Assembly: GCA_021815205.1 (NCBI GenBank)
Contig: JAKAHD010000002.1
Coordinates: forward strand, 45,538-109,537
Reading direction: 5' to 3'
DNA: 64,000 bases
Source: a bacterium
GTDB taxonomy: Bacteria; Patescibacteriota; Minisyncoccia; UBA6257; GWB1-50-10
Shown: piece by piece, positions 36,060 to 45,607 of the stretch
Layout: each line of letters begins with the position of its first letter
How positions within the stretch are numbered: the stretch's first letter is position 1
Position numbers and translations under genes: made by a program
Notes under the pieces: generated by a model
What the model was told of the DNA's origin: nothing
The model's database searches: none
The model's input: the letters and a program-made list of their open reading frames with translations, nothing else

Positions 36060-36998
36060 ATGGTCTCGGAGTTTCTGAATTTTTCAACCACGCTTCGCAC
36101 GTCCTACTTCTGGATCTCGATTATTGCGGCGCTTCTCTTCTTCTCGTTCGCCCTGCTTCAGGCATTCTTCGTAAAAGGATCGTGGAAACTTTTTCTTATC
36201 ACGTTCCTCGAGTTTGCGGTTCCGCTCCTCATCTTCCGTTCTCGTTTTGATGCGCAGACGTTGCCATATCTTGCCGCCGCGTGCATTCTGGGAATCGCGT
36301 ACATCGGGTTCGCGCTCGAGTATGGGAAGAGACTTTTGGCGAACAGCGTCGAGCCGAGATTTTTCTCAATCGCGAAGCGCATACTTCCTAGACTCGTGAC
36401 GGGCACTCTTCTCTTCTTGAGCATTCTCCTGTATCTCAATTATTTCGTATGGGGGAATTTTACGGACGCGCTCGGAAAAACGTTCGTGACCGGCGCACTT
36501 TCTTCTTCGGCGCCTGTCATAAAGCTTTGGGTTCCGAACGTGTCGTTCGATGCCTCGGTGCGCGATTTCATCGCGTCGCTCGCGAAGGACAGGTTGCAGC
36601 GGACGAGCATTACCGTAGTCGATTCCGGAGGAAGGAGCCAAACCTTCTTATGGAATAACCTCCCTCAAAAACAGCAGGGAGAGTATCTGCAACAAGCGAT
36701 CACCCAGACGAGCCTTGCATTCACGAAGCAGTTCGGAGAGATGAATCAGAATGAGTCCATGCACGAGTTCATATACGGACTGCTCAAGGGGTATGTCGAA
36801 AGAGCGCGCGGGGCGACGGGGAGTCTTCTGCCGATCGCGGCAATCATGCTCTTTTTCTTTGTGATAAAAGGCGTTGCGGCGTTGCTCTCATGGCTCATCG
36901 TGTGTGTTGCGTTTATTATTTTCAAACTGTCGGTGGTCACGGGATTTGCGGAGGAAGCGGTTGAAACGAGGAACAGAACGTTTCTCATTCTTCCTTAG
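36060..36998 (+). CDS. polytopic membrane protein of unknown function inserted between dnaK and dnaJ (alternative start 35952 overlapping dnaK)
   Basis: ~8 hydrophobic helices; no motif recognised; co-directional and tightly packed in the heat-shock operon. Confidence 0.5.
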   Translation: MVSEFLNFSTTLRTSYFWISIIAALLFFSFALLQAFFVKGSWKLFLITFLEFAVPLLIFRSRFDAQTLPYLAAACILGIAYIGFALEYGKRLLANSVEPRFFSIAKRILPRLVTGTLLFLSILLYLNYFVWGNFTDALGKTFVTGALSSSAPVIKLWVPNVSFDASVRDFIASLAKDRLQRTSITVVDSGGRSQTFLWNNLPQKQQGEYLQQAITQTSLAFTKQFGEMNQNESMHEFIYGLLKGYVERARGATGSLLPIAAIMLFFFVIKGVAALLSWLIVCVAFIIFKLSVVTGFAEEAVETRNRTFLILP

Positions 36999-37021
36999 CT
37001 GCTCCTCACGCGGCATGACCT

Positions 37022-38128
37022 ATGCATCAGAAAGATTACTACAAGATGCTCGGCGTTTCGAAAAGCGCGTCCGAGGATGAAATAAAGAAAGCATATCGGA
37101 AGTTGGCGCATCAGTATCATCCCGACAAGGCGGGCGGCGACGAGAAGAAGTTTAAGGAGATCAATGAGGCCTACCAGGTACTCGGGAACAAGGAGAAGCG
37201 CGCCCAGTACGACCAGTTCGGGAAGGTATTCGAAGGCGGAGATATGCCGGGCGGCGGAGCGAATCCGTTCGAAGGTTTTGATTTCGGCGGCGGTGGATTC
37301 TCATGGAATGCGGGTATGGGCGGCGACATGAACGATATCTTCGAGAGTATCTTTGAGCAGTTCGGGGGGGGAGGGCGGCGGCAATCCGCCTCTTCTCACG
37401 GATCCGATGTGGAAATTATACAGCACCTCACGCTCGAGGAGGCGTTTCGTGGTGTTACGCGTGACCTTGAGTTCAAGACGAATGTGGCATGCGCCGTGTG
37501 CGGCGGCATCGGGTATCAAAAAGAACAGGGGCAAAAGGATTGCGCGAAGTGCGGCGGACGAGGAGAGCTACGAGTGGAGCGGAGAACGTTTTTCGGGAGG
37601 TTTTCGCAGGTACAGCAGTGCCCCGATTGCTTCGGTGTGGGAAAAACTCCCAATGCGCCGTGCGCTTCGTGCAAAGGAACGGGCCGCGTCTTTGGCACGA
37701 GAACCGTGCGTGTTACGATCGCGCCGGGGATCGATGATGGCCAGGTGATCAAGGTGCATGGCGGAGGGGAAACGGGCGAGCGCGGGGGAGGAAATGGCGA
37801 TCTGTACATCGTGGTGAAAATCAAGCCGCACGCACATTTTACGCGGGTGAAAAGCGATCTCTATCTTGTGAAAAAGATTACGCTTGCAGAAATGCTTCTT
37901 GAACGCCCCGTGAAGCTCAAAGATATAGGCGGCGAGGAGTTCTCGATAACAATTCCCGCTGGATTTTCCTTGAAGGAGAAGATGAGAGTGCCGCACCGCG
38001 GCATGCCGAAGTTCGGGTCCGCGGCGAGGGGCGACCTCTATCTTCTATTCGATCTTGAGGTGCCGAAACATCTTTCCGCGAAAGCGAAAAAGCTTCTCGG
38101 CGAGCTCAACGACGAGTTAGGGAGTTAG
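37022..38128 (+). CDS. dnaJ: chaperone DnaJ
   Basis: J domain HPD (YHPDK), G/F region, four CxxCxGxG zinc-finger repeats, C-terminal domains. Confidence 0.95.
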   Translation: MHQKDYYKMLGVSKSASEDEIKKAYRKLAHQYHPDKAGGDEKKFKEINEAYQVLGNKEKRAQYDQFGKVFEGGDMPGGGANPFEGFDFGGGGFSWNAGMGGDMNDIFESIFEQFGGGGRRQSASSHGSDVEIIQHLTLEEAFRGVTRDLEFKTNVACAVCGGIGYQKEQGQKDCAKCGGRGELRVERRTFFGRFSQVQQCPDCFGVGKTPNAPCASCKGTGRVFGTRTVRVTIAPGIDDGQVIKVHGGGETGERGGGNGDLYIVVKIKPHAHFTRVKSDLYLVKKITLAEMLLERPVKLKDIGGEEFSITIPAGFSLKEKMRVPHRGMPKFGSAARGDLYLLFDLEVPKHLSAKAKKLLGELNDELGS

Positions 38129-38135
38129 TGAAACT

Positions 38136-39392
38136 ATGAAGCAAAAGAAACAAAGCGGACTTTTTGATATCTCGGGCGAAGGACCGAAGAAAGAGATACC
38201 GGCTGGAGCGTCGCAACCGGCGGATGAGGAGAAGCTATTTCGCGTCGGCGAATTCTTGGATTTTCTGAACGGACTCTGGAAAGGAAAAGAGTATGCCGTG
38301 CAGGGTGAGATCTCCGAGTTCAAAATGCATCCCTCGGGAGCATATTTCGCCCTGAAGGACGCGGAGGGTGAAGGTGTGCTGTATTGTTATATGAATCCCT
38401 ACGCCTACCGCACGCTTGGCTTCGCACTCGAAGACGGATTCGTGGTCCGCGCGTACGGCGTGCCGAACATCTATAAGCCGAAAGGAAGAATGAGTTTCGT
38501 GGTGCGCACGATGACGCTTGCGGGGGAAGGGTCCTTGAAAAAAGCATATGAAGCATTGAAGAAAAAACTCGAAAACGAGGGGCTCTTCGCGCGGAAACGC
38601 CCGATTCCGGAGTTCATCACGCGTATCGGCATTATTACCTCGAAAACGGGGGCCGTGATCGACGATTTCAGGAAGAACCTGAAACCGTTAGGGCTCCATC
38701 TCTCGCTTTTCGATACGCGGGTCGAAGGCCCCTCGGCGCCCGCAAATATTATCCGCGGGCTTCGCTGGTTTAATGAACATCATCTCGAGTGCGACGTGAT
38801 CGTAGTGATCCGGGGCGGCGGAAGCCTCGAGGATCTCCAGCCGTTCAACAACGAGCTTGTCGCGCGCGCCGTGTTCAGCTCGGAGATTCCGGTCATTGCG
38901 GGAATAGGACACGACCGCGACGTGCCGATTGTAAGCCTTGTCGCGGACGCGCAGACCTCGACGCCGTCGTTCGCGGCGGCGGCGATAAACGAGTCGTGGG
39001 ACAGAGTAGTGCTCGGCGTACCGCGGCTCGAACGGGAACTTGCACTCGCGTTTGAAGGCGCCCTCGCGAAACTCCGATTACGCCTCTCACGATACGGCGA
39101 GCGATTTCTGACGCGCCTCGCGCGGCTTACTGTACGGTACCGAACACTCGAGGTATCGCTTGTACGGATGTTTGCGCTTCGCCTCTCCGCGATTAATTCC
39201 CAGCTTATGCATGCCGCGCAGTATCTTTCCGCAGTCGACCCCGAAAGAAATTTGAAGCTCGGGTATGGTATCGTATTCGATGCGCACGGAAGAGTGATGA
39301 AAGATGCGCGGAATGCGAAGGAGGGGGAGATGATCGCCGCGCGCCTCTACCGAGGATCATTGATGGCAAGAATCGAGAAAAAAACCGAGTGA
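38136..39392 (+). CDS. xseA: exodeoxyribonuclease VII large subunit
   Basis: OB-fold N-term (V.GEISEFK.H.SGAYFALKD), catalytic domain (VIRGGGS.EDL..FN). Confidence 0.9.
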   Translation: MKQKKQSGLFDISGEGPKKEIPAGASQPADEEKLFRVGEFLDFLNGLWKGKEYAVQGEISEFKMHPSGAYFALKDAEGEGVLYCYMNPYAYRTLGFALEDGFVVRAYGVPNIYKPKGRMSFVVRTMTLAGEGSLKKAYEALKKKLENEGLFARKRPIPEFITRIGIITSKTGAVIDDFRKNLKPLGLHLSLFDTRVEGPSAPANIIRGLRWFNEHHLECDVIVVIRGGGSLEDLQPFNNELVARAVFSSEIPVIAGIGHDRDVPIVSLVADAQTSTPSFAAAAINESWDRVVLGVPRLERELALAFEGALAKLRLRLSRYGERFLTRLARLTVRYRTLEVSLVRMFALRLSAINSQLMHAAQYLSAVDPERNLKLGYGIVFDAHGRVMKDARNAKEGEMIAARLYRGSLMARIEKKTE

Positions 39393-39634
39393 CGTGGTAC
39401 AATAAATGCGCTATGGAGAAACAAAAGAAGGACAAAAAGGAAATTGGAACAAAGCTCGGGAAACTTGAAGCGATCGTTGCATGGTTTGAAGCCCAAGAAG
39501 AAGTTGATGTGGAGGAGGGTTTGAAGAGAGTGAGGGAAGGCGCGGCGCTCGTTAAGGATTTGAAGGAGAGAATGAAGGGGATAGAAAATGAATTTGAAGA
39601 GATAAAGAAGGATCTCTCGGACAATGCGGCATAG
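39389..39634 (+). CDS. xseB: exodeoxyribonuclease VII small subunit
   Basis: 81-aa helical protein overlapping xseA stop (ATGA); LEAIVAWFEAQE..VEEGLKRVREGAALVK. Confidence 0.8.
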   Translation: MTWYNKCAMEKQKKDKKEIGTKLGKLEAIVAWFEAQEEVDVEEGLKRVREGAALVKDLKERMKGIENEFEEIKKDLSDNAA

Positions 39635-42113
39635 TCAGGACGCGGCACAGTTTCAGGGACTTTCCTCGGAAGAGGCCGCGCGGCGCCTTGCTCGGTTCGG
39701 GGAGAATGTGATCGTACGAAGGAAAAGATTCAGGCCCCTTGTCGCGTTTTTCAAAAAACTCGGAAGTCCGCTTCTCCTGCTCTTAATCGGCGCCGCCGCC
39801 GTCTCTTTCTTTGTCGGCGAACGCACCAATGCCATCATCATTCTGGTGATGGTGTTTGTTTCCGGGGTCCTCGATTTTGTGAACAGCTACAAGTCGGAGA
39901 AAGCGGTTGCGAAGCTTCTCGAAACAATTACGACGACGGCAACGGTATTGCGGGACGGAGTAAGGCGTGAGATTGACTTGCGGGAGATCGTGCCGGGGGA
40001 TATTGTGTTTCTCTCCGCGGGCGACGTGATTCCAGCGGATAGCGAGCTCCTCGAGGCGCGCGATTGCTTCGTACATCAGGCAGCTTTAACAGGCGAGTCG
40101 TTTCCCGCGGCAAAGTATGCCGTTTCGGAACACGGAGTGAACGGAACGGTTCCGACCGAGAAACAAAATCTTGTCTTCATGGGTACGAGCGTTGTGACCG
40201 GCTACGCGGTGGCCCGCGTGATACAGACGGGACCTTCGACCGAGTTCGGAAAAATCGCCGCGCGCATGACGGCCGAATCCCTTCCAACCGATTTCGAACA
40301 GGGAATAAAAAGGTTCAGCGTGTTTATTATGCGCCTCACGTGTGTAATGGTTGCGTTCGTATTCGTCGCGAACGCGCTCCTCGGGCACGGTATCTTCGAT
40401 TCGTTCGTGTTTGCAATCGCGATCGCAATCGGCCTTACTCCAGAGCTTCTGCCGATCGTTATGTCAGTTTCGTTGAGCAGAGGATCGCTCGAGATGGCGA
40501 AGAAGCACGTGGTGGTGAAGAACCTCTCCTCGATCGAGAGTTTCGGAAGTATGAACGTGCTCTGCACCGACAAGACGGGAACCTTGACCGAGGACAGGAT
40601 CACGCTCGTGAAATACACGGACTGTTTTGGCAGAACGGCCGACGACGTATTCCTTTCGGCGTACATAAGCAGCGCCTTCCATACGGGCGTGAAGAGCCCG
40701 CTCGATAAGGCGATCAGGGAGCACAAGCAGATTGAACTCGGGGTATATGAGAAGATTGACGAAGTGCCGTTCGATTTCGATCGAAAACGGGATTCGATTA
40801 TATTCAAACATGAGGGTACGTGCACGCTCATCACGAAGGGGGCGCCCGAAGATATTTTCTCAATCGTTACGAAATATGCGGCAGGCGGCGCGGTAAAAAA
40901 ATGGGATGACGCCGCGAGACGAACGGCGGCGGCCCAGTTCGACGGGTTCAGCAAGGAAGGATTCCGAGTGCTTGCCGTATCCCTGAAGGAGATCGGAGAG
41001 AAGAAAGAGTACGTGAAAGAAGACGAGAGGGAGATGACATTTCTCGGTTTTATGGCGTTCTATGATCCCCCAAAAGCGACCGCATCTTCCGCGATCAAGG
41101 ACTTGAAAGAGCTTGGTATCACCGTGAAGATTCTTACGGGAGACAGCGAACTCCTCACCGAGAAGATCTGCCGCGATATCGGGCTTCCGATCGAGGGAAC
41201 GCTTACGGGGGCGGAAATAGCCGCGCTCGACGACGAGGCGCTTCTCGCGCGCTCGAAGAAGACGACCATTTTCGCGAGAATCACCCCCGAAGAGAAAGAG
41301 CGGATCATTGTAACGCTCAAGAAAGCGGGATATGCCGTAGGGTACTTAGGCGACGGCATTAACGATGCGCCGGCCCTCACGGCCGCCGATGTGGGGCTCT
41401 CGGTCAATAATGCCGTGGATGTTGCGAAGGAGACCGCCGACATCATTCTTCTCGAAAAAAGCCTGCGCGTCTTGCACGACGGCGTGAGAGAGGGAAGAAA
41501 AACGTTCGCAAATACCATGAAGTACATCATGATGGGATTGAGTTCGAACTTCGGGAACATGTTTTCAATGATGGGCGCCTCGCTCGTGCTCCCGTTTCTT
41601 CCGATGCTGCCGCCGCAGATACTTTTAAATAACTTCCTCTACGATACTTCCCAGCTTACGCTTGCGACCGACTCGGTGGATCAAAAACTTCTCGAAAAGC
41701 CGCCCAAGTGGGATATTGCGTTCGTTAAAAAATTCATGGTGATTTTCGGCCCCGTGAGCTCAATCTTCGATTTTCTGACGTTCGGGCTCCTGCTGCTCGT
41801 GTTCCGTCTGCCGGAGGCGCAGTTTCAAACCGGGTGGTTTATCGAATCGCTCGCGACACAGGTGTTCGTGATCTATGTAATCCGCACGCGGTTTATCCCC
41901 TTCCTTGAAAGCAGGCCGAGTAAACCGCTCTTCTGGAATACATTCTTGATTGTGGTTCTCGGGTGGCTCATTCCCTTTCTTGGTTTCGGACTTTTCTTTT
42001 CGTTTGCACCGCTCTCGCTTCCGGTACTCCTCGGTATCGCGGGAATCGTGCTTGCATATCTCATCGTCACGGAATTGGTGAAGCGCCTCTTTTTTGCTAG
42101 AATGCTTACATGA
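39624..42113 (+). CDS. cation-transporting P-type ATPase (MgtA/Ca2+-ATPase-like, P2/P3 type)
   Basis: DKTGTLTE phosphorylation motif, TGES, GDGINDAPAL, 10 TM; 829 aa. Confidence 0.9.
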   Translation: MRHSQDAAQFQGLSSEEAARRLARFGENVIVRRKRFRPLVAFFKKLGSPLLLLLIGAAAVSFFVGERTNAIIILVMVFVSGVLDFVNSYKSEKAVAKLLETITTTATVLRDGVRREIDLREIVPGDIVFLSAGDVIPADSELLEARDCFVHQAALTGESFPAAKYAVSEHGVNGTVPTEKQNLVFMGTSVVTGYAVARVIQTGPSTEFGKIAARMTAESLPTDFEQGIKRFSVFIMRLTCVMVAFVFVANALLGHGIFDSFVFAIAIAIGLTPELLPIVMSVSLSRGSLEMAKKHVVVKNLSSIESFGSMNVLCTDKTGTLTEDRITLVKYTDCFGRTADDVFLSAYISSAFHTGVKSPLDKAIREHKQIELGVYEKIDEVPFDFDRKRDSIIFKHEGTCTLITKGAPEDIFSIVTKYAAGGAVKKWDDAARRTAAAQFDGFSKEGFRVLAVSLKEIGEKKEYVKEDEREMTFLGFMAFYDPPKATASSAIKDLKELGITVKILTGDSELLTEKICRDIGLPIEGTLTGAEIAALDDEALLARSKKTTIFARITPEEKERIIVTLKKAGYAVGYLGDGINDAPALTAADVGLSVNNAVDVAKETADIILLEKSLRVLHDGVREGRKTFANTMKYIMMGLSSNFGNMFSMMGASLVLPFLPMLPPQILLNNFLYDTSQLTLATDSVDQKLLEKPPKWDIAFVKKFMVIFGPVSSIFDFLTFGLLLLVFRLPEAQFQTGWFIESLATQVFVIYVIRTRFIPFLESRPSKPLFWNTFLIVVLGWLIPFLGFGLFFSFAPLSLPVLLGIAGIVLAYLIVTELVKRLFFARMLT

Positions 42114-42439
42114 CCTTTGGTGAGTACCAGGAATTTTGCAAAAAGACGGCCGTCTATCCTGAACGCGGGAAGAACCTTGTCTATCCAACGCTCGGTCTCG
42201 TAGGAGAAGCCGGGGAAGTGGCGGAAAAGGTGAAGAAGCTCATCCGCGACAGAGGGAACGTGCTTGATGAGACGACGAAGAAGGAGATTGCAAAAGAGGT
42301 GGGTGACGTGATCTGGTATGTCTGTATGTGTGCGGTAGAGCTGGGTTTTTCGTTCGAAGAAGTGGTTCAGATGAATCTCGAAAAGCTCCGCTCACGCCTT
42401 GCACGAGAGAAGCTCCACGGCGACGGGGACAATCGTTAG
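42110..42439 (+). CDS. MazG-like nucleoside triphosphate pyrophosphohydrolase
   Basis: EAGEVAE....E.GDV.WY all-alpha NTP-PPase signature; 109 aa. Confidence 0.8.
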   Translation: MTFGEYQEFCKKTAVYPERGKNLVYPTLGLVGEAGEVAEKVKKLIRDRGNVLDETTKKEIAKEVGDVIWYVCMCAVELGFSFEEVVQMNLEKLRSRLAREKLHGDGDNR

Positions 42440-42447
42440 CGTTTTTC

Positions 42448-42798
42448 ATGAATATCTCGTTTAACCAGTTTAAAGAATTGGATTTAAGGATCGCGAAGAT
42501 TCTTGAGGCGTCGCGGGTCGAAGGATCGGAGAAGCTCGTGAAACTTCTCATTGATATGGGCGGTGAAAAGCGTGAGCTCGTTGCGGGAATAGGCAAGGCA
42601 TACGATCCGGACGTGCTCGTGGGGAGGGAGATTGCGGTTGTTGCGAATCTTGAGTCGAAAATCTTCACCCTTCGACTCAGCTCAGGGCAAGTGGCGCTCG
42701 AAAGCCAGGGGATGCTTCTTGCGGCACACGGTGCGCAGGGTGAACCCGTACTCCTTGTGCCCGAGAGAGAAGTGCCGCCGGGAAGCACAATCACGTAG
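42448..42798 (+). CDS. tRNA-binding protein (CsaA/Trbp111-like OB fold)
   Basis: F.ELDLR...I.EA......KL.KL.ID.G...R.LV.GI...Y.P..LVG...AVV.NL; start at MNISFNQF. Confidence 0.75.
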   Translation: MNISFNQFKELDLRIAKILEASRVEGSEKLVKLLIDMGGEKRELVAGIGKAYDPDVLVGREIAVVANLESKIFTLRLSSGQVALESQGMLLAAHGAQGEPVLLVPEREVPPGSTIT

Positions 42799-42929
42799 CA
42801 AAATTTTTAATTTGAAATTTACAATTTTCAATCAAATTCTAATTTTATAATGCGTTAATGTTTAAATATTATAACATTATTGCATTTAAAATTGATTAAA
42901 AATTAAGAACTAAAAATTAAAAATTCTTA
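42799..42929. repeat. AT-rich ~130-bp inverted repeat (same family as 29589-29692)
   Basis: aatttttaatttgaaatttacaattttcaatcaaattctaatttt ... aaaattgattaaaaattaagaactaaaaattaaaaatt. Confidence 0.5.
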
Positions 42930-42935
42930 TTGCTT

Positions 42936-43787
42936 ATGTCTCGTCCCAAAATCGGTGCGCACGTATCAGCCGCGGGCGGGCTCTGGACGGCATTCGACCG
43001 GGCCAAAGAAATCGGCGCCGAGTGCATGCAAATATTCGGTTCGACGCCGCGTTCATGGAGCGTGAAACTCCCGACCGCACAGGAAGCGGATGCGTTCAAA
43101 AAAGCGGGGAAGCGTGCTGGCATCGGCCCCGTGTATCTCCATGCGCCGTACCTTGTGAATCTCGGGAGCGGAGAGGCGCGTATCCACGGCGCCTCGGAAT
43201 CGGCGCTTGCAGGGCACTGTAAAATCGCTGAGATGCTCGGCGCGGAAGGCACCATTTTTCATATCGGTTCCGCGAAGGGAACGACAAAAACGAAAGCAAT
43301 CGCGGCGATCGCCGCTTCGCTTACGGCGATTTTGAAAAAGGTTCCCGGGAGAAGTTTTATCGTGCTTGAGAATGCGGCGGGCGGGGGAGACAAGATCGGG
43401 GCGACGCCCGAGGAGATTGCCGTGATTCTCCGGAAGGTAAAAAGCAATCGGCTCAAAGTGTGTTTTGATACGGCGCACGCCTTCGAGGCGGGGATCATAA
43501 GAGATTACGAACCGAACACAATAAAGGAACTGTTTGACGCGTGGGACGATGCGCTCGGTATCAATCGGATCGTCGCGTTGCATGTGAATGATTCGAAGAC
43601 CGAATATAACTCGCATAACGACCGGCATGGAAATATCGGCGAAGGGTATATCGGGCTCAAGGGATTCAAGGCGCTCGCGAAGGAGAAGCGGCTTTGGGAC
43701 AAGGCGTGGCTCCTTGAGGTGCCCGGGACGGATCATAAGGGGCCGGACAAGGCGAATGTGGATCGCCTGAAATCATGCTTTGGTTAA
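42936..43787 (+). CDS. nfo: endonuclease IV (AP endonuclease family 2)
   Basis: Xylose-isomerase-like TIM barrel motifs (GAHVS..GG, LHAPYLVNL, LENAAGGG, FDTAHAF, HVNDSK...HNDRH). Confidence 0.9.
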   Translation: MSRPKIGAHVSAAGGLWTAFDRAKEIGAECMQIFGSTPRSWSVKLPTAQEADAFKKAGKRAGIGPVYLHAPYLVNLGSGEARIHGASESALAGHCKIAEMLGAEGTIFHIGSAKGTTKTKAIAAIAASLTAILKKVPGRSFIVLENAAGGGDKIGATPEEIAVILRKVKSNRLKVCFDTAHAFEAGIIRDYEPNTIKELFDAWDDALGINRIVALHVNDSKTEYNSHNDRHGNIGEGYIGLKGFKALAKEKRLWDKAWLLEVPGTDHKGPDKANVDRLKSCFG

Positions 43788-43926
43788 TGTCTGCGGCCTC
43801 CCTCTTTTCACTCGGGCGCTCCGGGGCGCTAGCCCAAGTCTTACCCTCGCTCAGAGAGGGACGCCGCAGACGCTACAAGGACTTCGCATATTTTGGCGAT
43901 TTGTGGGAGAATAAGGGGAGAGGAAT

Positions 43927-44145
43927 ATGCGTATATTAGTAACGGTAAAACCGAGGGCGCGCAAAAAAGAAGTGGTGAAAATTGATAGAACTCATTACGA
44001 GGTGTGGGTTACCGTGCCGCCCGAAGGGGGAAAAGCGAACGCGGCGGTACGCGATGTGCTCGCGGAATTTTTGGAGGTGCCGAAATCACGTCTCGTGCTT
44101 TCGTCCGGCGAAACGTCGAGAGAAAAAACATTTGAGATACTGTGA
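43927..44145 (+). CDS. DUF167/YggU-family small protein
   Basis: 72 aa; V.VKP.A.K..V.......V....PPE.GKAN.A....LA..L.V.KS...L..G..SR.K. Confidence 0.6.
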   Translation: MRILVTVKPRARKKEVVKIDRTHYEVWVTVPPEGGKANAAVRDVLAEFLEVPKSRLVLSSGETSREKTFEIL

Positions 44146-44441
44146 GCTTCAGGGAAAAAGTACTCCGCGCGGTGAAGCGGATTCCGAAGGGAAGCACCGC
44201 GAGTTACAAGGAAGTAGCGGAGGCGGCAGGGTGCCCTGGCGCCTACCGCGCCGTGGGGACAATTATGAAACATAACACCGATCCGAGCGTGCCGTGCCAC
44301 AGAGTAATCCGGTCCGATGGGTCGCTTGGCGGGTACAACGGGATACGGGGAAAGAAAGAAGCGTTACTCCGAGAAGAAAGGCGCCCCCGTGCGAGGTTGA
44401 ACCTCGCACGGGTAGAAATCTCTCCTCGAGGAGGAGTTTGA
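44142..44441 (+). CDS. ogt: methylated-DNA-[protein]-cysteine S-methyltransferase, DNA-binding/active-site domain only (Ogt-like, 99 aa); GTG start
   Basis: PCHRV active-site motif, HTH (TASYKEVAEAAG...AVG). Confidence 0.75.
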   Translation: MSFREKVLRAVKRIPKGSTASYKEVAEAAGCPGAYRAVGTIMKHNTDPSVPCHRVIRSDGSLGGYNGIRGKKEALLREERRPRARLNLARVEISPRGGV

Positions 44442-44589
44442 TAAAATAAGGAGATGGGATTGAAGATCAGGGATTTTTCCGCATCGGTTATCAGAAAAAT
44501 TTTCGGGCTTCTCGAATTTTTCCTTTTCTTAAGAGTAGTGCTTGAGTTTTTAAATGCGAATCCCGCCGCGGTCGTGGCGGATTATTTTT

Positions 44590-44635
44590 ACCCCCACACT
44601 GAGCGTAAGCCCATAGTGTGGGGGTTTATCGGATC
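44590..44635. repeat. Y-type palindromic repeat (acccccacac-N-gtgtgggggt)
   Basis: tttacccccacactgagcgtaagcccatagtgtgggggtttat; same tttaccccc.../...gggggtttac ends as copies at 16040 and 57385. Confidence 0.65.
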
Positions 44636-44899
44636 ACCGGTTTTTTCACATCCCCGTTCAATTCCATTTTTCCTTCTGCCCAATTATGGGGGCATGTGAT
44701 CGACATTGTGACGATATCCGCCATTATCGCGTACTGGATCGCATTCGAGATTATTATGAAATTCCTGACGTCAAAGAAAATCTACTACTCATAAGGCTGG
44801 AACGGAAGAAGATCTCAAGAAAATACGGGAGAAACAAATCCGAGTAGAGGTGGAATCTATATTTACGACACCTCCTCTTTATGGCATTATGTAGTATAT

Positions 44900-44983
44900 G
44901 CTCAGGTGTCGGAACTGGTAGACGATCACGACTCAAAATCGTGTGGCCGTAAGGCCGTGAGGGTTCAAGTCCCTCCCTGAGCA
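44900..44983 (+). tRNA. tRNA-Leu (anticodon CAA)
   Basis: Acceptor gctcagg/cctgagc, anticodon stem cacga/tcgtg with loop cuCAAaa, long variable arm ggccgtaaggcc, T-arm gaggg-ttcaagt-ccctc, discriminator A. Confidence 0.85.
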
Positions 44984-44985
44984 CA

Positions 44986-45555
44986 ATGGGAGTACGAACA
45001 TCATTTCATCGAGCGTCTAGTGCGGATACTTTAGAAAATAAAGAAAATCTTTCTTATGTCATTGGTGTAGCCATTGGTGATGGTAATCTCTCAAATCCAA
45101 ACGGAAGGACAGTGCGCTTAAGGGTAACTTGCGCCACTCAATACCCGAATCTTATCAGGCAAATAAAGAAATCTATAGAGAAAGTATTCCCGCATAATAA
45201 AGTATCCCTCGTGAAAAGAAAGGAGACATATTTGGATGTCAGCTGTTATTCCAATAAATGGGAGAGTATTCTTGGATGGAGAGCGTCTGGCGGTTCGAAA
45301 TACAAACAAAGCGTTTCTGTTCCCCAATGGATAAAAGAAAATAAAAGATATTCCATGAAATGCCTGCAAGGACTGTTAGTGACCGATGGCTCCTTATATC
45401 TTGATAGAGGGTATAGAATGATTAATTTTACGACTGTGATTCCACGGCTTGCGCAAGACGTGAGAGAAATGATTGTTAATTTATGGTTCAGCTCAAGAAT
45501 CTACAGATTAAAAACAAAAGGAAAAGATAAGTATGTTATTAAGAATAGCAACTAA
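44986..45555 (+). CDS. LAGLIDADG homing endonuclease (two-motif, free-standing)
   Basis: LSYVIGVAIGDGNL and LQGLLVTDGSLY motifs; AT-rich ORF starting 3 nt after tRNA-Leu. Confidence 0.8.
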   Translation: MGVRTSFHRASSADTLENKENLSYVIGVAIGDGNLSNPNGRTVRLRVTCATQYPNLIRQIKKSIEKVFPHNKVSLVKRKETYLDVSCYSNKWESILGWRASGGSKYKQSVSVPQWIKENKRYSMKCLQGLLVTDGSLYLDRGYRMINFTTVIPRLAQDVREMIVNLWFSSRIYRLKTKGKDKYVIKNSN

Positions 45556-45607
45556 TGTGGATAATTTCATAAAAACGGTCGGTTTCAAAAAGGATTAAGT
45601 TTGGCTT

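Noticed and set aside
44454-44699. 81-aa ORF after ogt
   Set aside because: Overlaps a Y-type palindromic repeat and lies in AT-rich non-coding-looking DNA. No motif or RBS. Probably spurious.
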